A stretch of 63,734 nucleotides of DNA, filler included. It is 7 parts of 7 records of this genome, joined end to end, with 100 filler letters (N's around TTAATTAATTAA, not from the genome) between each part and the next. Parts side by side here need not be neighbours in the genome. Positions count along the whole stretch, not along the records: positions 10,139 to 15,264 come from SRR31156797_18171; positions 15,365 to 22,250 come from SRR31156797_18186; 5 more parts are not named here. One strand, given 5' to 3'. The notes under the pieces were generated by a model, which saw nothing but the letters and a program-made list of their open reading frames with translations, made no database searches and was not told where the DNA came from. This document shows, one piece after another, positions 11,072 through 20,766 of this stretch. Within the stretch, counting starts at the first letter, position 1; the number at the start of each line of letters is the position of its first letter. The position numbers and the translations under genes were made by a program.

Positions 11072-13904
11072 ACTTGACTTCTTCTTTCTCCGTATTGACG
11101 TCCGCGATATTATCGAAATCCCCTGTGATGCCCACCTTGTCCCTGAGCTCCTTCATAGAGCGGGGCCGATCGGGATCGTCCAGCCGGCCAAGCACCGCGT
11201 ATATCTGCTGGGGCTCGCTCTTCCCCTTGACCATGATCTTGTTCATGGGAACCAGGTCGTAGATGCCCTCCACCTGGTCCGCCGTTCCCTGGGATATGAG
11301 GATATCCGATCCCATGGGCTTGTTCAGCGCCTCGATACGGGAGGCCAGGTTTACGGCGTCTCCGATTACCGTGTACTCCATCCGGTCGTTGGAGCCGATC
11401 TGCCCCGCCAGGACGTCCCCGCTGTTCAGGCCGCAGCCTATCTTGATGATGGGCTTCCGTTCGCCCCCCCGGTCCTGGTTGAACTTCCTCAGGGCCGTCC
11501 TCATCATCAGGGCCCCGTTGATGGCGTTCTCCGCATCGTTCCCCTTGGATATGGGGGTACCCCACACCGCCATGATGGCGTCGCCGATATACTTGTCAAC
11601 GACCCCCTGGGTCTGGTTGACGCACTCCACCATCAGGGTCATGTACTCGTTCAGGAAGGTAACCACCTCGCCAGGAGTCAGCTTCTCGGAGATGGCCGTG
11701 AAGGAGCGGATGTCCGAGAAGAAGATGGTGGCCGGCTTGATCTCGCCCCCCAGCTGTATCTCGCCCTTTTCCGCCATCTCGGCCATATCCTTGTTTACGA
11801 AGCGTCCGAAGGCGTCTTTGATCCTTTCCTTCTCCTCCAGGCCCATGCCCATGTTGACGAAGGCCCGGGTCAGGACCCCTATCTCGTCCTGGCTCTTCGG
11901 TTTGAGCCCCAGGTCGTAGCGGCCCTCTTCGATGTCCCGGGTCGCTCCCACCAGTTTGCGAATGGGGCCCGAAAGGGACTTGGAATAGTAATAGATCACC
12001 AGGATGGCCAGGGCGACGAACATGATCATCAGGAAGATGTTCCGCCTTTGGATGCGGTAGATCGCCTCGAAGGCCAGGTCCTCGGGAACCGTTGTGATGA
12101 CACCCAACCTGCCGAATCCCACCTTTTTATAGGATCCGAAATAGGAGCCGTCTTCCGCGTCGTAACGGATCTGCCCGGTGGAGACGGAGGAGGAGAAGAG
12201 CTCTTTCACGATGGGAAGGTCTCTCAGGTTTACCCCTGAGGTCAGGATGGTCATATCGGGATGGGCGATCAGATTCCCCGCTGAGTCTACGATGAAGGTG
12301 CTGGAGATCCCCCTGGAGCGGACGGCCCGCTGCAGACTCTCCCGGATATCGGTCAGGATGAACAGGGTCTTGATCCCTTCCTCCTGTTTATAGGGTACGC
12401 TGATGCCCAGCACGGGGACGCCGAAGTAGGTGGAGACGTTGAAAACAGAGGGGCTTCCGCCCTTGGCCATGCGGATTTGTTCGGGGTGATCGCTCACTAT
12501 CCCCCTGATAAAGGCCTCGGACACATCCAGTTCGGCCATCAGGTTTTCATTGTAGAAGAGGCGGTCCTCCTCGGGTATCCCTGCGAACAGGATGTTCCGT
12601 TCGCTGCGGAAGTAGTAATTTCTGTAGTTCAGCTGCTCGGCGCTTCTCTCGTCTCCCGCTCCCAGAAGGAGGAGGGAGGCGCTGTTCCCCACGGCCAGGA
12701 GGCTCTCCTCCACCTGGCTGGCGATGGTTTCCGATATCTTGAGGTTGTTCTCCTCCACCCGGACCTGGCTGTCCTGGAGGAAGAAGATTGTGGCCAGGAC
12801 GATCATTCCCGTCAGGGCCACGACGATGATCAGGGATGTGATAAAGCTCATCTTTATCCCTATGGGATAGCGGATCATGGTGCCCGGTTCGGGCTTTGTC
12901 CGCCTCTCCGATGCACTCTCCTCTCCCGTCAGCTCATCCACTTCGTCCTCGCCCGACGGAGAGCTTCCCTTCGCCTCCATGGGGAACTCCGACTCCTCCG
13001 CTTTCTCTGTCGGAAACAGTACGGTCTGGTCCTCCAGGTCCGCAGACTCCTCGGGATCGAATTCCAGGCGGCTTTCAGCCGGCTCCGCCGGCGCCGTAAG
13101 GGTTATCTTCTTGTCCGGAGCGGCCAGGGTGGTCAACAGCCGGACGGGTATCCTGTTTTTTTCCCAGAAGCGCTGGGGGTCTTCAGGGGTCTTCACTATG
13201 AAGTAGTAGGGCAGGGCGGGAGGGTCGGCTTCCTCGTCCAGCGCCAGCTCCAGGGGGCCGTGGAAGAGCAGGGTGCCCGCCTGTTTCCACTGTCTCAGAT
13301 CGTCTACCAGAAGCAGGGGATCCCGCCACTGGACCAGGTCAATGTAGGCGACCGAGATATACTCGCCCCTTCCGGCGTTCCTGTAAACCGGATCGGGCAG
13401 GGTCAGATCCCAGTCACCTCCCTCGGTCTTCTCCATGGAAAGGGATCTCAGGGGGAAGCGGGCGGGCATGCGGACGCCCTCTCTCCCCATGCGGCGGATG
13501 ATCCAGTTAAGGGCCTCCTGATTGACCCTTTCCACGGCGGGATAGATCATCTTCTTCGAGGGGGTTACGAAGCTGCCGTAGTCTTCGGCCAGGGATATGC
13601 TGTCGTAAGCCTGTCGTATCTGCTTCATAAGGGTCAGGAGCAGGGACTTCTCGGCCCGGGTCAGGCGGCGGGCGGCGGAAAGGCGCAGGGTGACGTACTG
13701 CCCCCCCATGAAGCTGAGGCGGCTGAGGGCCATCAGGTTCAGAAATCCGGCCAGGTAGTGCATCTCAGAGAAGGAGCGGATAAGCCCGCGGGCATTGGTT
13801 CCCTCCCGGCTGACGGATTGCCGGACCAGCCCTTCCGTATCTTCAATGAGCTCTTCCAGACTCTTCAGGTTCTTCTTGAAATAGGGTAATAGATTCTGAG
13901 ACAT
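11055..13904 (-). CDS. Class III adenylate cyclase: CheA-like N-terminus - TM - Cache - TM - HAMP - cyclase
   Basis: TIFFSDIRSFT, VDKYIGDAIMA, EYTVIGDAVNLASRIE, VKGK; HAMP PIRKL...DEIGVL..AF; two TM segments flanking a Cache-like domain (IVDSAGNLIAHPD). Confidence 0.9.
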   Translation of the reverse strand: MSQNLLPYFKKNLKSLEELIEDTEGLVRQSVSREGTNARGLIRSFSEMHYLAGFLNLMALSRLSFMGGQYVTLRLSAARRLTRAEKSLLLTLMKQIRQAYDSISLAEDYGSFVTPSKKMIYPAVERVNQEALNWIIRRMGREGVRMPARFPLRSLSMEKTEGGDWDLTLPDPVYRNAGRGEYISVAYIDLVQWRDPLLLVDDLRQWKQAGTLLFHGPLELALDEEADPPALPYYFIVKTPEDPQRFWEKNRIPVRLLTTLAAPDKKITLTAPAEPAESRLEFDPEESADLEDQTVLFPTEKAEESEFPMEAKGSSPSGEDEVDELTGEESASERRTKPEPGTMIRYPIGIKMSFITSLIIVVALTGMIVLATIFFLQDSQVRVEENNLKISETIASQVEESLLAVGNSASLLLLGAGDERSAEQLNYRNYYFRSERNILFAGIPEEDRLFYNENLMAELDVSEAFIRGIVSDHPEQIRMAKGGSPSVFNVSTYFGVPVLGISVPYKQEEGIKTLFILTDIRESLQRAVRSRGISSTFIVDSAGNLIAHPDMTILTSGVNLRDLPIVKELFSSSVSTGQIRYDAEDGSYFGSYKKVGFGRLGVITTVPEDLAFEAIYRIQRRNIFLMIMFVALAILVIYYYSKSLSGPIRKLVGATRDIEEGRYDLGLKPKSQDEIGVLTRAFVNMGMGLEEKERIKDAFGRFVNKDMAEMAEKGEIQLGGEIKPATIFFSDIRSFTAISEKLTPGEVVTFLNEYMTLMVECVNQTQGVVDKYIGDAIMAVWGTPISKGNDAENAINGALMMRTALRKFNQDRGGERKPIIKIGCGLNSGDVLAGQIGSNDRMEYTVIGDAVNLASRIEALNKPMGSDILISQGTADQVEGIYDLVPMNKIMVKGKSEPQQIYAVLGRLDDPDRPRSMKELRDKVGITGDFDNIADVNTEKEEVKYEIMD

Positions 13905-14187
13905 GCCCTTCCCGCTTCTTCTTATATTGAGACGGACCGCCCATGGCGATACCTATCTCTTATCTAATTATCTGCCGAAACGGGTGAAAATGTGAGGAAA
14001 AAATGGGCTGAGTTATGAGGAATCTGTGATGAACTCAGCACTGGAGAGCCATGGAATCAATCCGATTACCGGATTTCGAAGCCGTCCCTCTGGAGTTTTT
14101 TGCTTTCTCTATTATATTTATAAATGAGAGGATTTATCTGGCGGCGGATACTGCCGATAATATGTAAAAAACTCCCGGAGGCCGTTT

Positions 14188-14538
14188 ATCAAAGCGAGAG
14201 CCCTGATTATCGCAGTGGGATTGTCTCTATCGGTCCTGCTGATCTCCTGTGCCGAGAAATATCCCTACTTTGTTCAGGTCCCTGAATTTGAAGTTGAAAA
14301 TGCTGAGGATGAGTCGGGCGAGACCTATCCGGGGATCATGCTGTCCATCGTCTGCGAGGACAAAAATGCGACCATCCGCTATACCGTTGATGATTCGGAG
14401 CCTAGCGAATCCCATGGACTTGTCTACGAGAATCCTCTCTACCTGTCCTCAACCGAGTTGACGGTGAAGGCCGTAGCCGTAAGGGAGGGGTATGATGCCG
14501 GTCCCGTGGCGGAGTATCACTATGATCCGGAAAGCTGA
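14188..14538 (+). CDS. Lipoprotein with FN3-associated/chitobiase C-terminal-like domain (probable ATC start; ORF track starts at GTG 14215)
   Basis: Lipobox LLISC; ATIRYTVDDSEP...Y..P...TVKAVA motif; GGAGG at 14177-14181 is 6 nt before in-frame ATC 14188, giving an N-region IKARA. Confidence 0.7.
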   Translation: MKARALIIAVGLSLSVLLISCAEKYPYFVQVPEFEVENAEDESGETYPGIMLSIVCEDKNATIRYTVDDSEPSESHGLVYENPLYLSSTELTVKAVAVREGYDAGPVAEYHYDPES

Positions 14539-15264
14539 GCTCCTGCTCCCGACGTTTTTCCTGACACTGATGATCCTCTCGGGAGGCTGTTCTTTTTCCT
14601 CAGACCCCAGCGATGCGGATTCACTGGATAATGAGTTTATATCCTTTCAGATCCTCAGCTCCGATAACCCGGGCCTGACGTCCTCCATTACCGGACGGCT
14701 GACGGACACGGAGGTTCTGCTGGAAACGGCCGATACGGCGGCTCCCGATTATCTTATTCCCCGCTATGTGACTGACGCCGTCTCTGTCGAGGTGGACGGA
14801 GAAGAGCAGCAGAACGGAGTGACGGCTCAGGACTTTACGAACACGATTACCTATATTCTTACCGATAAGGCCGGCAATGTCCGCCGCTACGATGCCAGGC
14901 TGATGCTGGGCAGCGGCTGGTTCGATCTGGGAACCGCCCCTCTCCAGCCCGCCGCTACTGCGGTCAATAAGCTGAAGGCCGGAATTCTGAACGGCGTCGT
15001 TCCCTATGTGGTCAGCTTTGAGGGCGCGGGTGATCTGAAGGCCCATTTCTTTGACTCCATACTGGACACCTGGAATGAGTACAACGTCGGTCAGCCGGTG
15101 GTGACCAATGACTATGATGTCGTTTCCTGGGGCGGATCGCTGTGGGTTGTCTATGAGAATGGGGGGAATGTCTTTTCCGCATCTTCTGTGCCGCCCAACA
15201 CTTGGGCCGGTCTTGCCGGGTTTTCAGGAACCGTCGGAACCTGGGACCTTCAGATTGCGAAGAA
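14522..15264 (+). CDS. Lipoprotein with DUF5018-like Ig domain (3' truncated)
   Basis: MIRK...LSGGC lipobox-like; NEFISF...NPGL...QDFTNTITY motif; overlaps the previous stop. Confidence 0.6.
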
Positions 15265-15364
15265 NNNNNNNNNNNNNNNNNNNNNNNNNNNNNNNNNNNN
15301 NNNNNNNNTTAATTAATTAANNNNNNNNNNNNNNNNNNNNNNNNNNNNNNNNNNNNNNNNNNNN
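15265..15364. other. Artificial contig spacer 2
   Basis: N44-TTAATTAATTAA-N44. Confidence 0.97.
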
Positions 15365-16053
15365 GTACCAATACCGCCAAACACAAACAGCCCGGATACG
15401 CCATCGTCAATCTGTCGCTGAAACCCATCGGCGGCATTCCGGGCGATATAACGGCGGATCAGATGGACGCGGTTGCCGATCTTGCCGACCGCTTCAGCTT
15501 CGGCGAAATCCGGGCGACCCACGAACAGAACCTGGTGTTTGCCCATGTCCGCAAAAGCGACCTTGCTGATTTGTGGCGGGGGTTGGATACCATCGGCCTG
15601 GCGACGGCGAATGTCGGCCTGGTTACCGACATCATCGCGTGCCCCGGCATGGATTATTGCGCCCTGGCCAATGCCCGCTCGATCCCCATTTCGCAGCGCA
15701 TCGGCGAACGTTTCGCCGATCTTCGCCGGCAACACGACATCGGCGAACTGCGGGTCAAGATATCGGGCTGCATCAATGCCTGCGGGCATCATCACGTCGG
15801 CCACATCGGCATTCTCGGCGTCGACCGCAAGGGCGAGGAGTATTACCAGATCACGCTCGGCGGCAGCGCCGACGAAAACGCCGCCATCGGCAAGATCGTC
15901 GGCCCGGCTTTTTCCGGCGAAACCGTCGTCGATGCCGTCGAGACCATCGTCAATATCTATGTCGATCTGCGCGCCGACGGCGAACAGTTCATCGATACCT
16001 ACCGTCGGGTCGGTCCGGCGCCCTTCAAGGAGGTCCTCTATGCCGCTGCTTAA
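15365..16053 (+). CDS. cysI: Nitrite/sulfite reductase hemoprotein, C-terminal part (5' truncated)
   Basis: Siroheme/4Fe-4S motifs IIACPGMDYC and KISGCINACGHHH; frame open from the contig start. Confidence 0.9.
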
Positions 16054-16531
16054 AGGTGGAAAAGTCGCCGAAGATTTATGGCAAACGGTCGGTGACGGCG
16101 AAGACCTGCCGTTGAACGGGCAGGTCATCGTCAGCCTCGATCGTTGGATCGCCGAACGCGAAACCCTGATCGGCCAAAATTCGCCGCTGGGTATCCGGTT
16201 CAGAAGCGACCAGCGGCCCGACGATATATCGGACGATCTCGACCGGTTCGATCTGGTCGTGCTTGAATTTCTGACCTTTCGCGACGGCCGGGCCTATTCG
16301 CAGGCACGCCGTCTGCGCGACCGGTTCGGATACCACGGCGAGATCCGTGCCGTCGGCAACGTGCTGCGCGACCAATGGGCCTTCATGCGCCGTTGCGGCT
16401 TCGACAGTTTCGAAATCGACGCCGCCGATGCCGAAGCCGCCTGGGCCGTAGCCGACAACGAGATCAGCGTCTTTTATCAACCGGGAGCCGATCGTCGGCC
16501 CTCGGTCCTGGCCCTGCGGCAGGGTGATTGA
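16040..16531 (+). CDS. DUF934 family protein (sulfate assimilation associated)
   Basis: F..FRDGRAYSQARRLR...GEIRAVGNVLRDQ..FMRRCGFDSF; ATG 16040 behind AAGGAGG; the ORF track over-extends it to 15473. Confidence 0.88.
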   Translation: MPLLKGGKVAEDLWQTVGDGEDLPLNGQVIVSLDRWIAERETLIGQNSPLGIRFRSDQRPDDISDDLDRFDLVVLEFLTFRDGRAYSQARRLRDRFGYHGEIRAVGNVLRDQWAFMRRCGFDSFEIDAADAEAAWAVADNEISVFYQPGADRRPSVLALRQGD

Positions 16532-16624
16532 CCGAATTACCGCAAGGAAGTGTCCAGGGACAAACCGGCTGCCGGGTTCGGCGGCCGGTTTTTTCGTAGC
16601 CGGGATGTGTCCGGAAAGGCACGG

Positions 16625-17134
16625 TCACGGCCAGAGGTTCAATTCAAACCGTTGTTCGACGACGCCGCCCTGCCAGCGGTCGGTGTCGGATTCCCCAGTC
16701 AAAGTGAAACCGAAATCCTCGTACAGATGACGACTGGCCTCCAAACCCGAAAAGGTCGTCAGGTACAGCCGACCGATGCCGGCCCCTTGGGCGAAGCCGA
16801 CGGCACGTCGCATGAATTCCCGCCCCAATCCCCGACCCCGGTGTTCCGCGCCGACGACGAACCAGCGCAATCTGGCGAGATCGGCGTCGATGGCATTCAA
16901 AGCGATCGCTCCCTGGAGAATGGCCGACCGGTCGTAGGCGCCGATGAAAAGATCGCGTTCGGCTTTGAACTGCTGGAAGAAGCTTGCCAATTCGCCGGCC
17001 ACCGAGGTTTCAAATGCTAGGCCGAAGTTCCAGGCCGGTCCGTAATAGTCCATATGAAGCGATACCAGGCGTCCGATGGCGCCCGGATTGTAGCCGTCAA
17101 ATGTCAAACCATCGAATTCAACCGGTTCAGCCAT
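16625..17134 (-). CDS. GNAT N-acetyltransferase
   Basis: ARLRWFVV...RGRGLG acetyl-CoA loop; ASRHLYEDFGF. Confidence 0.88.
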   Translation of the reverse strand: MAEPVEFDGLTFDGYNPGAIGRLVSLHMDYYGPAWNFGLAFETSVAGELASFFQQFKAERDLFIGAYDRSAILQGAIALNAIDADLARLRWFVVGAEHRGRGLGREFMRRAVGFAQGAGIGRLYLTTFSGLEASRHLYEDFGFTLTGESDTDRWQGGVVEQRFELNLWP

Positions 17135-17702
17135 CGATCTGCGCTTTCAGCAAAAGGTCTACGATGCGTTCGGCTTCGCGATCGCCCGGTGGGGCCGGAA
17201 GGGTCAACAGGCGATGCCAAACCATTGCGACCAGCCCGTCGGCAATCAGGGCGATGTCGGCATTCGGAGGCAGTTCCCGACGCTTCGCGGCCCGTTCGAG
17301 CGGAGCCACAAGCAAATCGCGGCGCCCCGAAAACAAACCGTTCATCACAACTTCCCGGGCCGAATCGTCGACCTGCTCTTCGGCGATGAGACCGACCAGG
17401 ATTCGCCCCGCCGAGGTTTGCCTGAAGATACCGAACAATGACATCAGGATCGCCGAGAGGTCGTTTCGCAGGCTGCCGAGATCGGGCGATACGGTGTCGC
17501 GCGGAACCAGATTGCCGTAGACCTCGGCATACAGCGCCGCCTTCGACGGCCACCAGCGATACAGGGTTTGCTTGCCGACGCCGGCGCCCGCGGCGATGGC
17601 TTCCATCGAAATTTCCGGATAGTTCAGATCGGCGGCGAGCGACGCCGCCGTATCCAGGATGGCTTTGTGTTTGGTTGCGGATCGCGGGCGCATGGCATCC
17701 AT
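17127..17702 (-). CDS. TetR/AcrR family transcriptional regulator
   Basis: HTH SMEAIAAGAGVGKQTLYRWWPSK. Confidence 0.9.
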   Translation of the reverse strand: MDAMRPRSATKHKAILDTAASLAADLNYPEISMEAIAAGAGVGKQTLYRWWPSKAALYAEVYGNLVPRDTVSPDLGSLRNDLSAILMSLFGIFRQTSAGRILVGLIAEEQVDDSAREVVMNGLFSGRRDLLVAPLERAAKRRELPPNADIALIADGLVAMVWHRLLTLPAPPGDREAERIVDLLLKAQIDG

Positions 17703-17709
17703 AGAAAAT

Positions 17710-17731
17710 CAATACGAGACGTACTGTATTG
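17710..17731. promoter_or_regulatory. Candidate TetR operator (inverted repeat)
   Basis: CAATAC-N10-GTATTG, 8 nt upstream of the TetR start codon. Confidence 0.45.
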
Positions 17732-17847
17732 TTTTGAATCAATCCCGGTCTGTCAACCCTAACCGTGTTCAGGAAAACGGTTGCCGGAGCATCCGATGGA
17801 TTCCGACCGTCGATATTTCAATGACCCGAAGGGGGGGCGCGATAGCC

Positions 17848-18606
17848 TCAATCACCGCCGGCCGGCGGCGATGAGGCCAGGTGAATGCCGCATTCGGTTT
17901 TTTCCATCCCGGCCCATCGGGCCGAACGGACATCGGCCCCCGGCGCCACGCGGTCGGTGCAGGGCATGCACCCGATCGACAGGAAACCGTCTTTCACCAG
18001 CGGGTGACGCGGCAGATCGTTTTCGTCGAGATAGGCCTCGAGATCGGTCTCGGTCCAGCCGGCCAGGGGGTTGATTTTGACATGGGCCGAGGTCGCCTCG
18101 ATGGTCGCAAGGCGGCTGCGCGAGGCACCCTGGAACCGTTTGCGCCCGGTGATCCAGGCATCGAAGCCAACCAGCGCATCCTCGAGCGGACGGACCTTTC
18201 TTAGATAGCAGCAACGGTCCGGGTTGTGTTGCCAGAGCGTGCCGGCGGGATCTTCCGAATGCAATTGACCGGGATCCGGTTTGATCGAGATCACGCCGGT
18301 CAGACCGAGCCTGTCGATCAGGGCATCGCGATGTCGCAGCGTTTCGCCGAACAGCTTGCCGGTATCGAGGAACAGAACCGGCAGATTGGGATCGACCCCG
18401 GCGATCATGTGCAAAAGCACGGCCGATTCCGCCCCGAACGACGATGCCAGGGCAATCCGGCCGGGAAATTCGTTCAAAACCATCACGCCAACAAGATCGG
18501 ATGCCGCAAGATGGCCGTAGCGTTCGATCAGGCGGCGCGCCGTATCGTCGACGGATGCAGGGGACGTCGGTCGGTTCTTCCCGGTTTGTCGGGTGCGGTT
18601 GGTCAT
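17848..18606 (-). CDS. cysH: PAPS/APS reductase
   Basis: SSFGAES, FLDTG, CCYLRKV, ITGRKR, SIGCMPCT, KTECGIH. Confidence 0.92.
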   Translation of the reverse strand: MTNRTRQTGKNRPTSPASVDDTARRLIERYGHLAASDLVGVMVLNEFPGRIALASSFGAESAVLLHMIAGVDPNLPVLFLDTGKLFGETLRHRDALIDRLGLTGVISIKPDPGQLHSEDPAGTLWQHNPDRCCYLRKVRPLEDALVGFDAWITGRKRFQGASRSRLATIEATSAHVKINPLAGWTETDLEAYLDENDLPRHPLVKDGFLSIGCMPCTDRVAPGADVRSARWAGMEKTECGIHLASSPPAGGD

Positions 18607-18946
18607 GGTGCATGTCCTATCGTCAGCGACCCGCGGCTTATCGAAAAACGACTTTTATTCTGTATAAATAATATTAAGAGTCAATAAAAAATGTAATTTA
18701 AAAATATACACAAAAAAATAAAGTAAAATAATGACGTTGAGTTTGTGTTGACGCGGCTTACATACCGGACGGGCAAGCAATTGCCGCGACCGGCCTGTCA
18801 CCTGAGATTGGAAAACCGGCGGCAAACGCGACCAGGACGGGTGGCGCAGAACAGTGGCGGCGAAAGCCCGGTTATCCTATTCTTCGTCAGCGGGCGCTTA
18901 AGGCTGCGTCGGGGGCGGGCGGTAAACTGAACAGAGGAGGGGAAAC

Positions 18947-19951
18947 ATGGACCCGGTAAGATGGGGAATTATCAGCACTGCCAAAATCGGGCGGGAACGG
19001 GTCATTCCCGGAATGCAGGCCGGAAAGCTCTGCGATATCCGGGCGATGGCGTCACGGAACCTTGAATCGGCCGAGAGCGTTGCGGCTGATCTTGGTATTC
19101 CGAAGGCATACGGCTCCTACGAAGAACTGCTGGCCGATCCCGATATCGAGGCCGTCTATAATCCGCTGCCGAACCATTTGCACGTGCCCGTGACCATTCA
19201 GGCGGCCGAAGCCGGCAAGCATGTTCTATGCGAGAAACCGATCGCGATGACCGCGGCCGAGGCGGAAACCCTGGTTGCCGTGCGCGACCGTACCGGCGTT
19301 CGCATCGAAGAAGCCTTCATGGTTCGTCACCATCCGCAGTGGCGCAAAGCCCGCGAACTGGTTCGTGCGGGAAAAATCGGACGTTTGCGGGCGATCAACG
19401 GGTTCTTCAGTTTTTACAACGTCGATCCGGCCAACATCCGCAACATGGCGGATATCGGCGGCGGTGGAATTTACGACATCGGGGTCTATCCGGTCGTGAC
19501 GTCACGGTTCATTTTCGGCGCCGAGCCCAATCGCGTGGTTTCCTTGGTCGAACGCGATCCGGACATGAAGACCGACCGCCTGGCCAGCGTCATTCTCGAT
19601 TTCGACGAGGGGCAAGCGGTCTTCACCTGCTCGACCCAGGTGGCGCCTTATCAGCGCATGCAGATTTTCGGCACCGAAGGCCGGGTCGAGGTGAAAATTC
19701 CCTTCAATGCACCGCCGGACCAGCCCTGCCGGATCAGCCTCGATGTCGAAAACGCGCTGGGCGATGCCTCGGCGGTTGCCGAGGAGTTCGAAATCGTCAA
19801 TCAGTACACGCTGCAGGGCGACAATTTTTCCGCCGGCGTTCGCAACGGCACGCCGCCGGAATTCGGAATCGAGGACTCGGTTGCCAACATGCGGGTGATC
19901 GACGCCATCTTCCGCTCCGCCGAGACCGGCGGGTGGGTCGACGTCAAATGA
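18947..19951 (+). CDS. Gfo/Idh/MocA family oxidoreductase
   Basis: VRWGIISTAKIG, YNPLPNHLH, GKHVLCEKP, GGGGIYDIGVY; SD GAGGAGG. Confidence 0.9.
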   Translation: MDPVRWGIISTAKIGRERVIPGMQAGKLCDIRAMASRNLESAESVAADLGIPKAYGSYEELLADPDIEAVYNPLPNHLHVPVTIQAAEAGKHVLCEKPIAMTAAEAETLVAVRDRTGVRIEEAFMVRHHPQWRKARELVRAGKIGRLRAINGFFSFYNVDPANIRNMADIGGGGIYDIGVYPVVTSRFIFGAEPNRVVSLVERDPDMKTDRLASVILDFDEGQAVFTCSTQVAPYQRMQIFGTEGRVEVKIPFNAPPDQPCRISLDVENALGDASAVAEEFEIVNQYTLQGDNFSAGVRNGTPPEFGIEDSVANMRVIDAIFRSAETGGWVDVK

Positions 19952-20592
19952 CGGAGAGCGGTTCGACAAAGCCGAGCATCGTCGTCTTCGATTTCGGGGG
20001 CGTTTTGCTCGAATGGAATCCCCGCCACCTGTACCGCAAGATCTTCGGTGCCGACGAGGCGGCGATGGAACACTTCCTGACCCATGTCTGCTCGATCACC
20101 TGGAACCTGATGCAGGACGCCGGCCGGACCTTCGACGAGGCGGTGGCCGAGTTGACCGGCCGCTATCCGCAACATGCCGAATTGATCGCCGCCTACCATG
20201 CGCGCTGGGAGGAAATGGTGCCACACGCCTATGACGACACGGTCGCCATCCTCAAGGAACTGGCCGAGGGCGGAACCCGGGTTTTTGGCATAACCAATTT
20301 TTCGGCCGAGAAGTTCGCGCTGACCCGCAAGCGGTATGATTTTTTCGATCTGTTCGAAGGCATTGTCGTGTCCGGCGAAGCCCGCCTGATCAAACCCGAT
20401 CCGGGCATATTCCACCATTTCCTCGAACGCTTCGAATTGCGGGCCGGGGATTGCGCCTTCATCGACGATTCGCCGATCAATACCGAAGCTGCCGCCAGGG
20501 TCGGCCTTCACGGCATTCATTATCGAAGCGCACCGGAATTGCGCGAGGTCCTCTCGGGCTGGGGGTTGGTGGCGCCCGCCATCGCCGCCTGA
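19948..20592 (+). CDS. HAD-family phosphatase
   Basis: VFDFGGVL motif I, ITNFS, IKPDP, FIDDS; ATGA overlap at 19948 (ORF track over-extends to 19228). Confidence 0.88.
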   Translation: MTESGSTKPSIVVFDFGGVLLEWNPRHLYRKIFGADEAAMEHFLTHVCSITWNLMQDAGRTFDEAVAELTGRYPQHAELIAAYHARWEEMVPHAYDDTVAILKELAEGGTRVFGITNFSAEKFALTRKRYDFFDLFEGIVVSGEARLIKPDPGIFHHFLERFELRAGDCAFIDDSPINTEAAARVGLHGIHYRSAPELREVLSGWGLVAPAIAA

Positions 20593-20766
20593 AACATCTG
20601 CCGCTCCCGGACAATTGCTGTTGCGGGAGCGGAACGCCCCCCATTATCCTGGGGATCTTCAATTAGCGGATATCAATCCACGGGGTGCCGTTAGTGCGTT
20701 CGGCCGTGCCTTGCGGATAGTCCGGCAACAACCGCCGCGCAAGCGGGCGGATTAAAAGGAGACATC

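Noticed and set aside
12477-13889. 470-aa + strand ORF
   Set aside because: Antisense shadow of the adenylate cyclase in high-GC DNA; no motifs.
15473-16039. N-terminal extension of the DUF934 ORF (likewise 19228-19947 for the HAD gene)
   Set aside because: Alternative-frame overlap with the real upstream gene; the true starts are 16040 and 19948.
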